DNA from: a virus
Taxonomy: Duplodnaviria; Caudoviricetes
DNA: 64,000 bases
Reading direction: 5' to 3' (one strand)
IMG/VR virus record: IMGVR_UViG_2698537050_000003
Span: 20,010-84,009 of that record
Numbering within the stretch: the first letter of the stretch is position 1; each line of letters opens with the position of its first letter. The translations under genes were made by a program, and so were the position numbers. The notes beneath the pieces were generated by a model, which saw only the letters and a list, made by a program, of their open reading frames with translations, searched no databases and was not told where the DNA came from. Shown one piece after another: positions 17,275 through 27,121 of this stretch.

Positions 17275-19626
17275 TTAATTCGTTCTCGTGGCCCGGAATA
17301 TTTGATCGAAACTCTTGACGTTCGTCATATCTGTCGCAGGGGGGCGCCTGTCCGTGGGGACACCATCGATGCACTCTTGCTCGGCTCCATTGGCGCCCGG
17401 ATCGAACAGTTGTCGCCGTATCTCCGTTTGGGCCGCTTCCGAGAGCGACCATCCTAACGGAATGGGGGTTCTACAGGGCCGCAATTCGAACACAACGCGA
17501 AAGTCGCACGACGGTTGGGATCGGCATTCTACCTCGCTTGGCACGGATTTCTTTAGCGCCACCCGCGCAATGTCGGCTCGAGCTTGACGGACCGCGATTA
17601 TTGTGCGCCCCGGGCTCATCAGCTCCGGCAGCCAGCCGCTAGGGGGCGATGGACGCTCGCCATTGGCAAAATTCCAGTCCGAGGAGGCTCGGCCGTTCTC
17701 GATCTGCACAACAACGAAGCTTACGCCCTTTGCCCGCTGTCTCAATTGCGTCTCCGTCGGCGGGTACGGCTGGTTTTCGCCCAGCAATTCCAACACCGTC
17801 GTAAGCCCAGAGTTTTCGAAATAGCCGCCATCGACCAACCGCCGGGCGGGACCGGAGCATGGAAGCCGGCCAGGGGCAGTAATGCCCGGAAACCGAGCGC
17901 TTAGGACAGCGGCAGTTGCGGCAGGTACCTCGATTCGCGGCTGTAGAAGATCATCGAGCGTCAATAGACGCGCGCGGGATTCCAGTCCTTGACCCTGGGC
18001 CTCGTCTACGCATGTACTTTTCGATGCCGGGCTGTTGGCGGGAAGCTTCTCAGCGGCTATCCGCGTCGTCAGATGACTCACGGCAACACGACGCCCCGAC
18101 GTCACGTCAGTGGTGAGCAACATCAGGGCCGGGGCCGGGCTGGAGGGGCCTGTCCAGAGTTCTCTGAATCCTATGTTGGAAAGACTGTGCTGGTTTTTCG
18201 CATTGCTCTGATCGGATCCGCGCCACGCCCTGTCGATACCGCTTTCCAAGTACTGTGCAGGATCGGTCCACCAAGCGAAGAACGGCGTTAAGAACAAGCT
18301 CGATGGTATAATCCGTGCCGGAATGTCGCCAAATAGAAGACCGCGCAACACCGGCCGCAAGAAATCGACGCCCGCGGCATTGGTGACCGAAGTCTCTGGA
18401 CCGCCCCGAACACCCGGACGGGCCAACTCTAACTTCCCCTCGCAACCCATGCCTAACTTCTGCTCATCCCATTTCATGCCGGCGCTCGCCAAGAGCGCTC
18501 CGACGCTACCGCCCGAAACCCCGACGATCAGGAAGGTGTGACGGATGGCATCGGGGCAGTATTGTCGCAGCGCTTCAAGCACAAGCGCCGTCATGTACGC
18601 GGCACGAGAGCCGCCACCTTCTGCCGCGATGAGGAACACAGGGTAATTGCGGTTGGACTCCGCATATTTTTTGACCTCTCTCGCTCGGTCTTGCTCGTTG
18701 ATCCAATCATCAAAGGCCGCGCCGATCTGCGTGCGCACCACGTGGTTGTCGCTAATCTGCGGACGCTCAGGTGCGCTAGATGCAATCGTACGCACCACGT
18801 GGTTGTCGCTAACTTCACGCGCGGCCAGTAGCAGCGCCCAGATCACGAGCAGGGAGATGACGGGTGCGCCCAAGATGTTCGACAAATGCGTGAGCCCCGT
18901 GACTATAGCGATTAGCACAATAATCCATCCCGTAAAAATTAGAATCGCAGGTGGCTCTAGCGGAGCCCCGACGAAAAATGAAATGATCCGATCTGCCGCC
19001 AGTACGAGAAGCAGAATGAGCCACACAAATATCGCTGACCCTTCAAGCATGCGCAAGTTGGAGCCCGGTGAATCTCCTTCGCGCTCGACCTTTTCTTTAA
19101 GGAACGGCCAGCCTACGGCCACAACCGTAACCGCTAGCAAAAATAGGGTAGCTTTCCAGTGCATGAGGGATGCGAGCACGTTCGGACCCAAACTTTGCGC
19201 GAACGCGACCCACAACGCCGCTACCGGCACCAACGCGACGGCTTGCACGATACGAGCCTGAGTACCATTTAGCTTGCGCTCTTTATCCCTTTTTTTGTTA
19301 AGGTCGTGCAGTGCAACCCTAGTCGCCGCATCGAAAGCAATCATAATGTAGAAATTGAACAACCACCAGAAGATCAAGACCGGGATGAGCCAAAGCGTCG
19401 ACTCCCACGTTGTCGTTTCAAATGTTGATCGGATGGCCTCCGCGGTCTGGTCAGGCATAACCAAGAAGATATAGTAGACTGTCGCCACCAGAATCGGTGC
19501 GCGCGCGGCGACCACGGATTCTGTCACATGGCCGAGCCAGGTTTCTGGCGCCGGACGGAAGCGAGTATGGCCTTCCAAATTCTGGCCCAGGTTTGTAGTG
19601 TCAGGTATTGCGGAGTTCGTGACCAT
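17275..19626 (-). CDS. Multi-TM patatin-like phospholipase (ORF open to 19824; ATG 19626 is the more likely start)
   Basis: AEGGGSRAAY oxyanion motif, GVSGGS nucleophile, VDGGYFENSG catalytic Asp; ~7 hydrophobic helices at the N-terminus. Confidence 0.85.
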   Translation of the reverse strand: MVTNSAIPDTTNLGQNLEGHTRFRPAPETWLGHVTESVVAARAPILVATVYYIFLVMPDQTAEAIRSTFETTTWESTLWLIPVLIFWWLFNFYIMIAFDAATRVALHDLNKKRDKERKLNGTQARIVQAVALVPVAALWVAFAQSLGPNVLASLMHWKATLFLLAVTVVAVGWPFLKEKVEREGDSPGSNLRMLEGSAIFVWLILLLVLAADRIISFFVGAPLEPPAILIFTGWIIVLIAIVTGLTHLSNILGAPVISLLVIWALLLAAREVSDNHVVRTIASSAPERPQISDNHVVRTQIGAAFDDWINEQDRAREVKKYAESNRNYPVFLIAAEGGGSRAAYMTALVLEALRQYCPDAIRHTFLIVGVSGGSVGALLASAGMKWDEQKLGMGCEGKLELARPGVRGGPETSVTNAAGVDFLRPVLRGLLFGDIPARIIPSSLFLTPFFAWWTDPAQYLESGIDRAWRGSDQSNAKNQHSLSNIGFRELWTGPSSPAPALMLLTTDVTSGRRVAVSHLTTRIAAEKLPANSPASKSTCVDEAQGQGLESRARLLTLDDLLQPRIEVPAATAAVLSARFPGITAPGRLPCSGPARRLVDGGYFENSGLTTVLELLGENQPYPPTETQLRQRAKGVSFVVVQIENGRASSDWNFANGERPSPPSGWLPELMSPGRTIIAVRQARADIARVALKKSVPSEVECRSQPSCDFRVVFELRPCRTPIPLGWSLSEAAQTEIRRQLFDPGANGAEQECIDGVPTDRRPPATDMTNVKSFDQIFRATRTN

Positions 19627-19901
19627 TTTGAACCCCCATCGACGTCGGCGTTGTTTGCAAAAGTTCGACCATCCAATGTCAGGGTGGCGGTCATAAGAAT
19701 TGACCATCGGTTCAAGATGCAACGCAAGGTTTATTCGTGGGTCGGAGCACGGAGATGCACGAATTACGACAGCGTCATTGTCTGAGGCCCGCAAAAGCGA
19801 GTGGCTACCGCGAGACTCGCTCATCAGGCTCGTCAGGAAATCAGGAAACGCCGGTAACCTTATAGCTGAAGTGTTTTCGCGACATACTTGGCATAAGTCG
19901 C

Positions 19902-19979
19902 GACTTCCGCTTGTGGCACTTTTCGGAAGTGCCGATCCTTCCGACGAAGGTCAGCTATCAGGGGTAGAGCGGAAGCGGC
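19902..19979 (+). repeat. Site B: two tandem ~28-bp imperfect dyads
   Basis: ACTTCCG-N14-CGGAAGT at 19903-19930 and a second unit at 19948-19976; colinear with site A. Confidence 0.65.
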
Positions 19980-20020
19980 TCGGATAACCGCCGCCCGCAA
20001 CAAGAGCACTCCCGGCCTTG

Positions 20021-20045
20021 GCCCCGCCTCGGCGGGGCTTTTTTT
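20021..20045 (+). terminator. Rho-independent terminator
   Basis: GCCCCGCC-TC-GGCGGGGC followed by T7. Confidence 0.8.
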
Positions 20046-20414
20046 GCGTTGCCTGCTGCTCGCGAGCGCGCAGCCTGTCACTTTTCGCATATTGAAACTC
20101 GATGACACAAAAAAACCTGCTCCAGTTTTTCCAGAGCAGGTCAAGGATCATCACCCATGGGGCAGTGTGCTCTCCCCAATGCTGGCAATCATAGCACGGC
20201 GAAGTGTTTCGGCTATACAACCGCCACGATGTCACTTATTTTAACACTCCCGGTTCCTCGCGGTCGCTGGGGCCATCGCGAGCCACCTTGGGCCAAAGTG
20301 TGTGCGACCAAGGGCGAGGAAACCTTGTGCGGCGTCTCAAGCCGACCCTGCCTGCTGCCCCGAACTCTCACATCGCTGACCTGAAACCTGATCAACCAAT
20401 AAGGGGATCAAGCG

Positions 20415-21068
20415 ATGCCGAAAACATTTCCCATCATGATCGAAGTCGAAGAGATCGCGCTCGGCCCGGTGCTGCGGCGACTCAACGACATGCCTGGAAT
20501 CGCGAAGCTGCATCTCGATCTCGGCCATGGCGGCCAAGGCGCGGGCAAGAAGCAGCTGGAGAAGCATGCCGCCGCAAAGCGCGGCAGCAATGGCGACAAC
20601 CAGCAGGCGGCGGTCAAGCTGCTGATGAGCGGGCCGAAGCATATCCGCGAAATCAGCGAGGCAGTCGGCGGCGCGAAGACTCGGGCCTATGGCTTGATGA
20701 CGCAGCTGCGCAAGCAGGGCCTCGCCGAGGCCGCGCCCGGAAAGGCGATGCATCAGCTCACCAAGAAGGCGATGGCGCAGCTCGGCGGCGCGCGGCCAGC
20801 CCTGCCAGCTCCTGAGATAAAGCATGGCCCTGCAGGCCGCGCCGCTCCGGGCTCGGGCAACATCGTATTGCGCGCGGCGCTCGGTGGCGGCCCATTGACG
20901 CCTTCCGATCTGCGCGAGCGCTTGGCCAAGCAAGGCATGTCGCCGAAGAGCGCCTCTGGCGTGCTGGAGCGCGCCAAGAAAGGCGGCCTCATCAAGAAAA
21001 ACAGCACCGGCTATGAGCTGACCGCCAAGGGACAGAAGATCGAGCTGGGAGCACCCGCCAATGGCTAG
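20415..21068 (+). CDS. Basic protein with two winged-HTH-like segments
   Basis: HIREISEAVGGAKTRAYGLMTQLRKQGL and LTPSDLRERL..SASGVLERAKKGGLI; AAGGGG RBS. Confidence 0.6.
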   Translation: MPKTFPIMIEVEEIALGPVLRRLNDMPGIAKLHLDLGHGGQGAGKKQLEKHAAAKRGSNGDNQQAAVKLLMSGPKHIREISEAVGGAKTRAYGLMTQLRKQGLAEAAPGKAMHQLTKKAMAQLGGARPALPAPEIKHGPAGRAAPGSGNIVLRAALGGGPLTPSDLRERLAKQGMSPKSASGVLERAKKGGLIKKNSTGYELTAKGQKIELGAPANG

Positions 21069-21438
21069 AGGTTTTTTGCGAGTGTATCGCACGTACAATT
21101 ACGTCGATAAGAATCCGGTCATCGACAAGGTCCGCACGCTGGTGCAGGGCGAAGGCCTCATCAGAAAGCTGAAGATCGTTCACGAAATATCGGGCGTTGC
21201 CACCGCTACGCTCGACAATTGGTTCAATGGCACCACGCGGAATCCGCAGCACGGCACCATCGCGGCGGTGATCACTTCGCTCGGTTATCACGAGGAGTTC
21301 GTCAAGGACAAGGAGATCGACATCGACAAGGAGCGCGAGATCGCGGCGGCGTGGTTCGAGAAGCAGGAGAAGATCAGGGCCAAGGCCCCGCCCGCCCGAA
21401 CCAACGGCCACAGAAAGGCGAGGAGCAAGAAGCGATGA
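21061..21438 (+). CDS. XRE-like HTH protein
   Basis: VHEISGVATATLDNWFNGTTRNPQHGTIAAVITSLG. Confidence 0.7.
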   Translation: MARGFLRVYRTYNYVDKNPVIDKVRTLVQGEGLIRKLKIVHEISGVATATLDNWFNGTTRNPQHGTIAAVITSLGYHEEFVKDKEIDIDKEREIAAAWFEKQEKIRAKAPPARTNGHRKARSKKR

Positions 21439-21944
21439 GCGAGCGCGAACTGCGCAGGATGCTCAACTATGCATCCGAGTTTTGTGACCGCCAGTTCGCC
21501 AAGAAAAAAGAGATAGCGCCGATGTGGCACGCGATCACTTCGGCGGGCGAGACGATCATCGAGCCGCACCCGACCTATCTCGGCAAGGACATGGCGGCGG
21601 CCATGATCCGCGCCTTCTTCGACATGCGGGATGTGGTGCGCTACGTCTACATTGGCGAAGCGTGGACGCTGAACCGAATGATCCGACCGGAAGAGCAGGA
21701 GGAAATTTTCCGCAAGGGACTCTCCGAGCATCCTGATCGCGTCGAAGTGGTGCAGATACAGGGCGAGGATCACGAGTACGGCCAGATCATCGCCTCGCGA
21801 GCCATCATCAGGCCGAGGATCGGCAAGCCGCATCTCGGCCCGCTGGAGATGATCAACGATCTGCCGTTCATCCCGCGTGGCGCGGCGGTGCAATCAGAGG
21901 GCCGCATGGTTGGCATGCTGCCGGTGCGAGGGACGCGACAATGA
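21435..21944 (+). CDS. Phage hypothetical protein
   Basis: ATGA overlaps at both ends; YVYIGEAW...SEHPDRVEVV. Confidence 0.65.
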   Translation: MSERELRRMLNYASEFCDRQFAKKKEIAPMWHAITSAGETIIEPHPTYLGKDMAAAMIRAFFDMRDVVRYVYIGEAWTLNRMIRPEEQEEIFRKGLSEHPDRVEVVQIQGEDHEYGQIIASRAIIRPRIGKPHLGPLEMINDLPFIPRGAAVQSEGRMVGMLPVRGTRQ

Positions 21945-22219
21945 CCTTTGTTCACAACCCGCCGAATGAACAGCTGCGCATCGATGAGGTCTGGCTGTTC
22001 ATCTCGGTCGATGAAACAGGCGAAGGCGTATGCGCTGGCCCGCTGATGGGTCCGGGCACGCTGGTGCCGCTGATCGCCGCCGATCAGGCGCGCATGGAAT
22101 CGCTGATCCCGGTCGCGCGTCAGATCGCAAGAGCGAGCGGCAAGCCGGTGAAGCTGATCAAGATGAGCGCCCGCACCGAGCTGATGACCATCGCGCCCTT
22201 CGGATCGAGGACGCAATGA
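21941..22219 (+). CDS. Phage hypothetical protein
   Basis: ATGA-coupled, 92 aa. Confidence 0.6.
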   Translation: MTFVHNPPNEQLRIDEVWLFISVDETGEGVCAGPLMGPGTLVPLIAADQARMESLIPVARQIARASGKPVKLIKMSARTELMTIAPFGSRTQ

Positions 22220-22720
22220 GCAGCCCGGAAGACTTCATCTGCCTTGACTGCAAGGCGGCTGGGCGTTCGGGCTCATTCGCCACCGAGAGCGATTCACGCC
22301 GCGGCAGCGGCTTCGTTGTGTGCTGGGCACGCTCAGCAGCTTGGAGGTGAAAGTCCTCTGCCCAAGGCTTCATCTTCCGCCGAGGCCCGCGCGGCGGCTT
22401 GTCCGAGAACATCGAATGCGTCGGCTCTGCGCTCGTATCAATGTCGCGCGCTGGCATGGCCTGCTGATCAGCGCCGAGCGCATCCCCAACAACAGCGAAT
22501 GGCACGAGGATATGTTCCCGAAGGTGCTGCAGTGAGCGATCTGCGCAGCATGATCATCGCGTGGATCAGAGAGCGCGGCCCCCGCTTCTGGGTGCTCGAT
22601 GCCTTTCAACATCTGGTCAGCAACGGGGCCTCGCCCGATGATGCGATCAAGGCAATGGACTTGTTCGTGGACGAGATGATCGAAAAAAAGAAGGCGCAGC
22701 AGAGTGATGCAGCAGGCTGA
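22216..22720 (+). CDS. Three coupled micro-ORFs (22216-22350, 22347-22535, 22532-22720)
   Basis: Successive ATGA/GTGA stop-start overlaps at 22216, 22347 and 22532. Confidence 0.45.
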
Positions 22721-23375
22721 TCAAGGACCCATCATCGCCAAGCAATTCGGCGATCTGGCCGTGCTCGCGCACCCGCCTGCAAAGATGCTGAAGGCGCTGG
22801 CCGTGATCGCAGCACGCGCGCATCCGGCCTATGACGAATGCTCGGGCGTCGCGGCGGGCGGCTCGAAGGACAAGTGCCTGTTCATGTCGCTGGCGGTGCG
22901 CGACTTCCTTGTCGAGATCGGCTTCGCCGATGCCACGGTGCGCAGCTGCTTCCTGTACATCGCCGCCGATGATCTGGAGGGCAATCAGCTTTGGTCGGTC
23001 GGCATCGGTGCGCCTGGGCAAAGGCCGACCCCGGAAAAATTCAACGGCCATGCGGTCTGCACAGTGCCGTCGCTCTCGCTCCTCATCGACACCACCATCT
23101 ATCAGGCGGTCAGGCCGCAGTGGTGCGGATCGGTCGGTGGCATGGCGGCCATCAGGTATCACAGGCCATGGCCAAGCCAGCTTATCCACGGGTGCCGGTC
23201 CATTGCCGGGGCCGAGACCGTGCTGCCTGATCGGCGCGTGATGGTGATGTGGCTGGACCGCCCCGAGGTGAACTGGAAGCGCGAGATCGACTTCCGGCAG
23301 AAGAACGAGCGCCGCCGTTACGTCACCAAGACGCTGCGCGAGGCCTTCGGCGAGTGGAGCGATCATGAACGATGA
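22704..23375 (+). CDS. Hypothetical protein, possibly transglutaminase/papain-like fold
   Basis: KCLFMSLAVRDFL...GHAVC...LLIDTT gives a Cys-His-Asp order; fold is inference. Confidence 0.55.
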   Translation: MMQQADQGPIIAKQFGDLAVLAHPPAKMLKALAVIAARAHPAYDECSGVAAGGSKDKCLFMSLAVRDFLVEIGFADATVRSCFLYIAADDLEGNQLWSVGIGAPGQRPTPEKFNGHAVCTVPSLSLLIDTTIYQAVRPQWCGSVGGMAAIRYHRPWPSQLIHGCRSIAGAETVLPDRRVMVMWLDRPEVNWKREIDFRQKNERRRYVTKTLREAFGEWSDHER

Positions 23376-23640
23376 AGACCACGCAGCAGAGGCAACGGCG
23401 GCGGCTGATGAGCTGGTCGAGCTGATCAAGCCGGTGTTCGCTGGCCAGAGCCCAGAGGTCGTCGGCGCGGCCCTCGGCCAGCTGCTGGCGATCCTGATCG
23501 CCGGTCACCATCCGCTGATGCGCGACGAGGCAATGAAACTGGTGATCGACATGGCGCGCGATCTGGTGCCCATCGAGATCGAGGCCATGATCGACGCTGG
23601 TCAGATCGGTCCCGAGTGGAGAGAGGCAACCAAGCAATGA
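23365..23640 (+). CDS. Phage hypothetical protein
   Basis: Overlaps both neighbours, GGAG RBS. Confidence 0.6.
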   Translation: MNDEDHAAEATAAADELVELIKPVFAGQSPEVVGAALGQLLAILIAGHHPLMRDEAMKLVIDMARDLVPIEIEAMIDAGQIGPEWREATKQ

Positions 23641-23896
23641 GCAATGCGGCGACTGCCAGCTCTGCTGCAAGCTGCTGCCGGTGCCGCCGCTGCAGAAGGC
23701 TGCGGGCGCGTGCTGCCGATTCCACAAGGGCTGCACGGTCTATCGTCGGCCCGAGATTCCACCCGAGTGCGCGATCTGGAACTGCCGCTGGCTGGTCAAT
23801 GACGACACTGCCGATCTGCCGCGCCCTGATCGCGCGCATTACGTCATCGACATCGATCTGACCGTGATGGCTGGTCCACCAGATCGAACCTCCTAG
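23637..23896 (+). pseudogene. Frameshifted, truncated YkgJ-like CxxCxxCC protein
   Basis: ATG 23637 is out of frame by one base with QCGDCQLCCKLLPVPPLQK...CTVY..PPECAIWNCRW; similarity ends near 23860. Confidence 0.6.
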
Positions 23897-24361
23897 TGCT
23901 CATCGGCGCGTCGGCTTCCGAAAAGAGCCCCTAAATGGCGATTTGTTGGCCTTCGAAGCAACGCCTCTGGTAGGCGGGTTCATGGCAGTATCCACGCTAA
24001 AGGCAAGCCCGGCTGCGGCGCGATTCATCCTCTCAACGGACGGGGGCAGACCTCGGAGAGAAGACCTTGGAAAGCGGCGAAATGCCCCCCGTCAAAAACG
24101 ACCAAGTCTAGACTTGGATATGTCCAATTAAGCGCGCGTTAGCTGCACGCCTGAAATGGCCACAGACGTCCGGTCCCCGGCATGAGCCAATCTGACTATT
24201 GTGTCCTGCCGCCAAGGTAGCCATTATGGCTTTTTACCTAAAGTAGCAACATGCAATCCATATCAGCAAAGAGTGCGGAAATCTCAAAATCTGCCCGGCT
24301 GGCAAAGCCAACACTACCCCTACGACAGCAGACCCGCTAAAGGTCGGATGGGGCGGCGGCA

Positions 24362-27121
24362 ATGACAAGCAAAAATCAAAATCCTGAACAGATCGCGCGT
24401 GACCAAATCGACTTCAAACTGGTCGAAGCGGGATGGTGTGTTCAGAATAAGGATGCTCTGGATTTTAACGCCGGACAAGGCGTCGCCGTCCGCGAATACC
24501 AGACAGACGCAGGCCCCGCCGACTATGTGCTGTTTGTAGACAGGCGCGCTGTCGGCGTCATCGAAGCCAAGCCCAAGGATTGGGGTCACAAGATCACAAC
24601 GGTTGAAGAGCAATCAGCTGGGTATGCTGCCGCAAAGCTCAAGTGGGTCAACAACAACGAACCGTTGCCCTACATCTATGAGAGCACGGGGATTATCACC
24701 CGTTTCACAGATGGCCGGGACCCTCGCCCGCGCTCACGCGAGGTCTTTACGTTCCACCGCCCCGAAACTATGGCCGATTGGCTGTCCAAGCCCAAGCCAC
24801 TCCGTGCCCGGCTGCACGATATCCCGGCACTGAATCATTCGGGCCTGCGCGACTGCCAAATCTCAGCAGTAGAAAAGCTGGAAAAGTCATTCCGGGAAGA
24901 CCGGCCTCGCGCGCTTGTACAAATGGCAACGGGCTCCGGTAAAACCTTCACGGCTATCACCTCTGCCTATCGGCTGCTTAAGTACGCCGACGCAAAGCGC
25001 ATCTTGTTCCTTGTGGACACCAAAAATCTAGGCGAGCAGGCAGAACAGGAATTCATGTCCTACCTGCCCAACGACGACAACAGAAAATTCACTGAACTCT
25101 ACAATGTTCAGCGCCTCAAATCTCCCTTCATCGCGGGCAGCAGTCAGGTTTGCATCAGTACAATCCAGAGAATGTTTTCTATCCTCAAGGACGAGCCGCT
25201 TGATGAAGCAGCCGAGGAGGATAACCCGGCTGAGCGGCTGGTGCGTCCGAAAGATCCGGTGCCAGTCGTCTATAACAAGAAAATCCCTCCTGAATTCTTC
25301 GACTTCATCGTTATCGATGAATGTCACCGCTCGATCTACAATCTCTGGCGGCAGGTTCTCGAATATTTCGATGCCTACCTGATCGGCCTGACCGCCACGC
25401 CCGATAGCCGTACATACGGCTTCTTCCACAAAAACGTTGTCAGCGAATATGGCCACGAGCGAGCCGTGGCCGATGGCGTCAACGTCGGGAACGAGATCTA
25501 CGCTATCGAAACCGAACTGACCAAGAAAGGCGCGAAGATCAAGGCAGCGCAGCAAGTCGAAAAGCGCGAGCGCATCACGCGGCAAAAGCGGTGGGAGCTA
25601 CAGGACCAGGACGAGGTCTACTCAGCTATGCAACTCGACCGAGCTATCGTAAATCCGGATCAAATACGCACTGTGATCCGTACGTTCCACGACAAACTCC
25701 CCGAAATCTTTCCAGGACGAGAGGAGACACCGAAAACTCTCATTTTCGCCAAGACTGACAGCCATGCCGATGACATCATTCAGATCGTCCGCGAAGAGTT
25801 CGGTCAGGGCAATGACTTTTGCAAGAAGATCACCTATCAAGCTGCCGAGGACCCGAAATCCGTCCTCGCGCAGTTCCGCAACAACTACAACCCTCGCATT
25901 GCGGTGACGGTTGATATGATCGCCACTGGCACCGACGTAAAGCCGCTTGAGTGCCTGCTCTTCATGCGTGACGTGAAGAGCCGCAATTACTTCGAGCAGA
26001 TGAAAGGGCGCGGCACGCGCACGTTGGATGCCGACAGCCTGAAGAAGGTCACACCCTCCGCGACAACCGCCAAGACCCACTATGTCATCGTCGATGCTGT
26101 GGGCGTGACGAAATCGCTCAAGACCGCGAGCCAGCCGCTTATCACCAAGCCGACTGTCCCCCTGAAGGACCTCGCGACCGGCGTTATGATGGGCGCGCGC
26201 GACGAGGATACTGTCAGCTCGCTAGCTGGACGTCTTGCACGTCTCAACAACGAACTTGACGAGAAAGATCAGGCTCGCATTAAGGAGGTGGCCGGGGGTG
26301 CAACACTGGCGGAGATCGTGCGTGGACTGTTTGATGCGATCGACGCTGACCGCATCGAAGAAGCCGCTACGGCAGCCACCGCCGGCGCAGAGCCGACTGA
26401 TGCGCAGCGCGATCAAGCCCGCGATAAGCTCGTGGGGCAAGCTGCCAACGTCTTCACCGGCCCCCTGATCAACCTCCTCGACGGTATCCGCCGTGAAAAG
26501 GAGCAGACAATTGACCACGATAATCTCGACAGGTTGATCGAGGCGGGCTGGAGCGGCGATGCGAAAGACAACGCCGTGGCGATGACTAACGACTTTGCGT
26601 CGTATCTGGAAGAGCATCGGGATCAGGTCGAGGCACTGACCATCTTTTTCACCCAACCGGCGCGTAGATCGCAAATTACCTACGCAATGATCAAGGCGCT
26701 ATTGGACGCCCTCAAGACAGATCGGCCGAAGCTCGCGCCGCTGCGCGTCTGGCGCGCCTATGCGCTCCTCGATGAGTACAAGGGAGCGGACCCGGCAAAT
26801 GAGCTGACAGCACTTGTGGCTCTCATTCGCCGCGTTTGCGGCATCGATGAGAAGATTGCGCCCTTTCCCGACATTGTACGGCGCAACTTTCAGAGTTGGA
26901 TTCTGAAACGCCACAGCGGCGCAGGCGAGAAGTTCACGGGCGAGCAGCTCGAATGGCTGCACATGATCCGTGACCACATCACGGCGTCAATCCACATCGA
27001 TCGTGATGATCTCGATATGGCTCCCTTCGGCGGCAAGGGAGGGCTCGGCAAAATGTACCAACTATTCGGAGATCAGATGGACGACGTTATTAGAGAAATG
27101 AACGAGGCTCTGGCGGCATGA
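24362..27121 (+). CDS. hsdR: Type I restriction enzyme R subunit
   Basis: ADYVLF..IEAK nuclease, MATGSGKT, IIDECH-type motif (VIDECHR), LTATP, MIATGTD, QMKGRGTR. Confidence 0.92.
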   Translation: MTSKNQNPEQIARDQIDFKLVEAGWCVQNKDALDFNAGQGVAVREYQTDAGPADYVLFVDRRAVGVIEAKPKDWGHKITTVEEQSAGYAAAKLKWVNNNEPLPYIYESTGIITRFTDGRDPRPRSREVFTFHRPETMADWLSKPKPLRARLHDIPALNHSGLRDCQISAVEKLEKSFREDRPRALVQMATGSGKTFTAITSAYRLLKYADAKRILFLVDTKNLGEQAEQEFMSYLPNDDNRKFTELYNVQRLKSPFIAGSSQVCISTIQRMFSILKDEPLDEAAEEDNPAERLVRPKDPVPVVYNKKIPPEFFDFIVIDECHRSIYNLWRQVLEYFDAYLIGLTATPDSRTYGFFHKNVVSEYGHERAVADGVNVGNEIYAIETELTKKGAKIKAAQQVEKRERITRQKRWELQDQDEVYSAMQLDRAIVNPDQIRTVIRTFHDKLPEIFPGREETPKTLIFAKTDSHADDIIQIVREEFGQGNDFCKKITYQAAEDPKSVLAQFRNNYNPRIAVTVDMIATGTDVKPLECLLFMRDVKSRNYFEQMKGRGTRTLDADSLKKVTPSATTAKTHYVIVDAVGVTKSLKTASQPLITKPTVPLKDLATGVMMGARDEDTVSSLAGRLARLNNELDEKDQARIKEVAGGATLAEIVRGLFDAIDADRIEEAATAATAGAEPTDAQRDQARDKLVGQAANVFTGPLINLLDGIRREKEQTIDHDNLDRLIEAGWSGDAKDNAVAMTNDFASYLEEHRDQVEALTIFFTQPARRSQITYAMIKALLDALKTDRPKLAPLRVWRAYALLDEYKGADPANELTALVALIRRVCGIDEKIAPFPDIVRRNFQSWILKRHSGAGEKFTGEQLEWLHMIRDHITASIHIDRDDLDMAPFGGKGGLGKMYQLFGDQMDDVIREMNEALAA

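Noticed and set aside
17275-19824. CBASS system
   Set aside because: Patatin is present but there is no CD-NTase or ancillary gene nearby.
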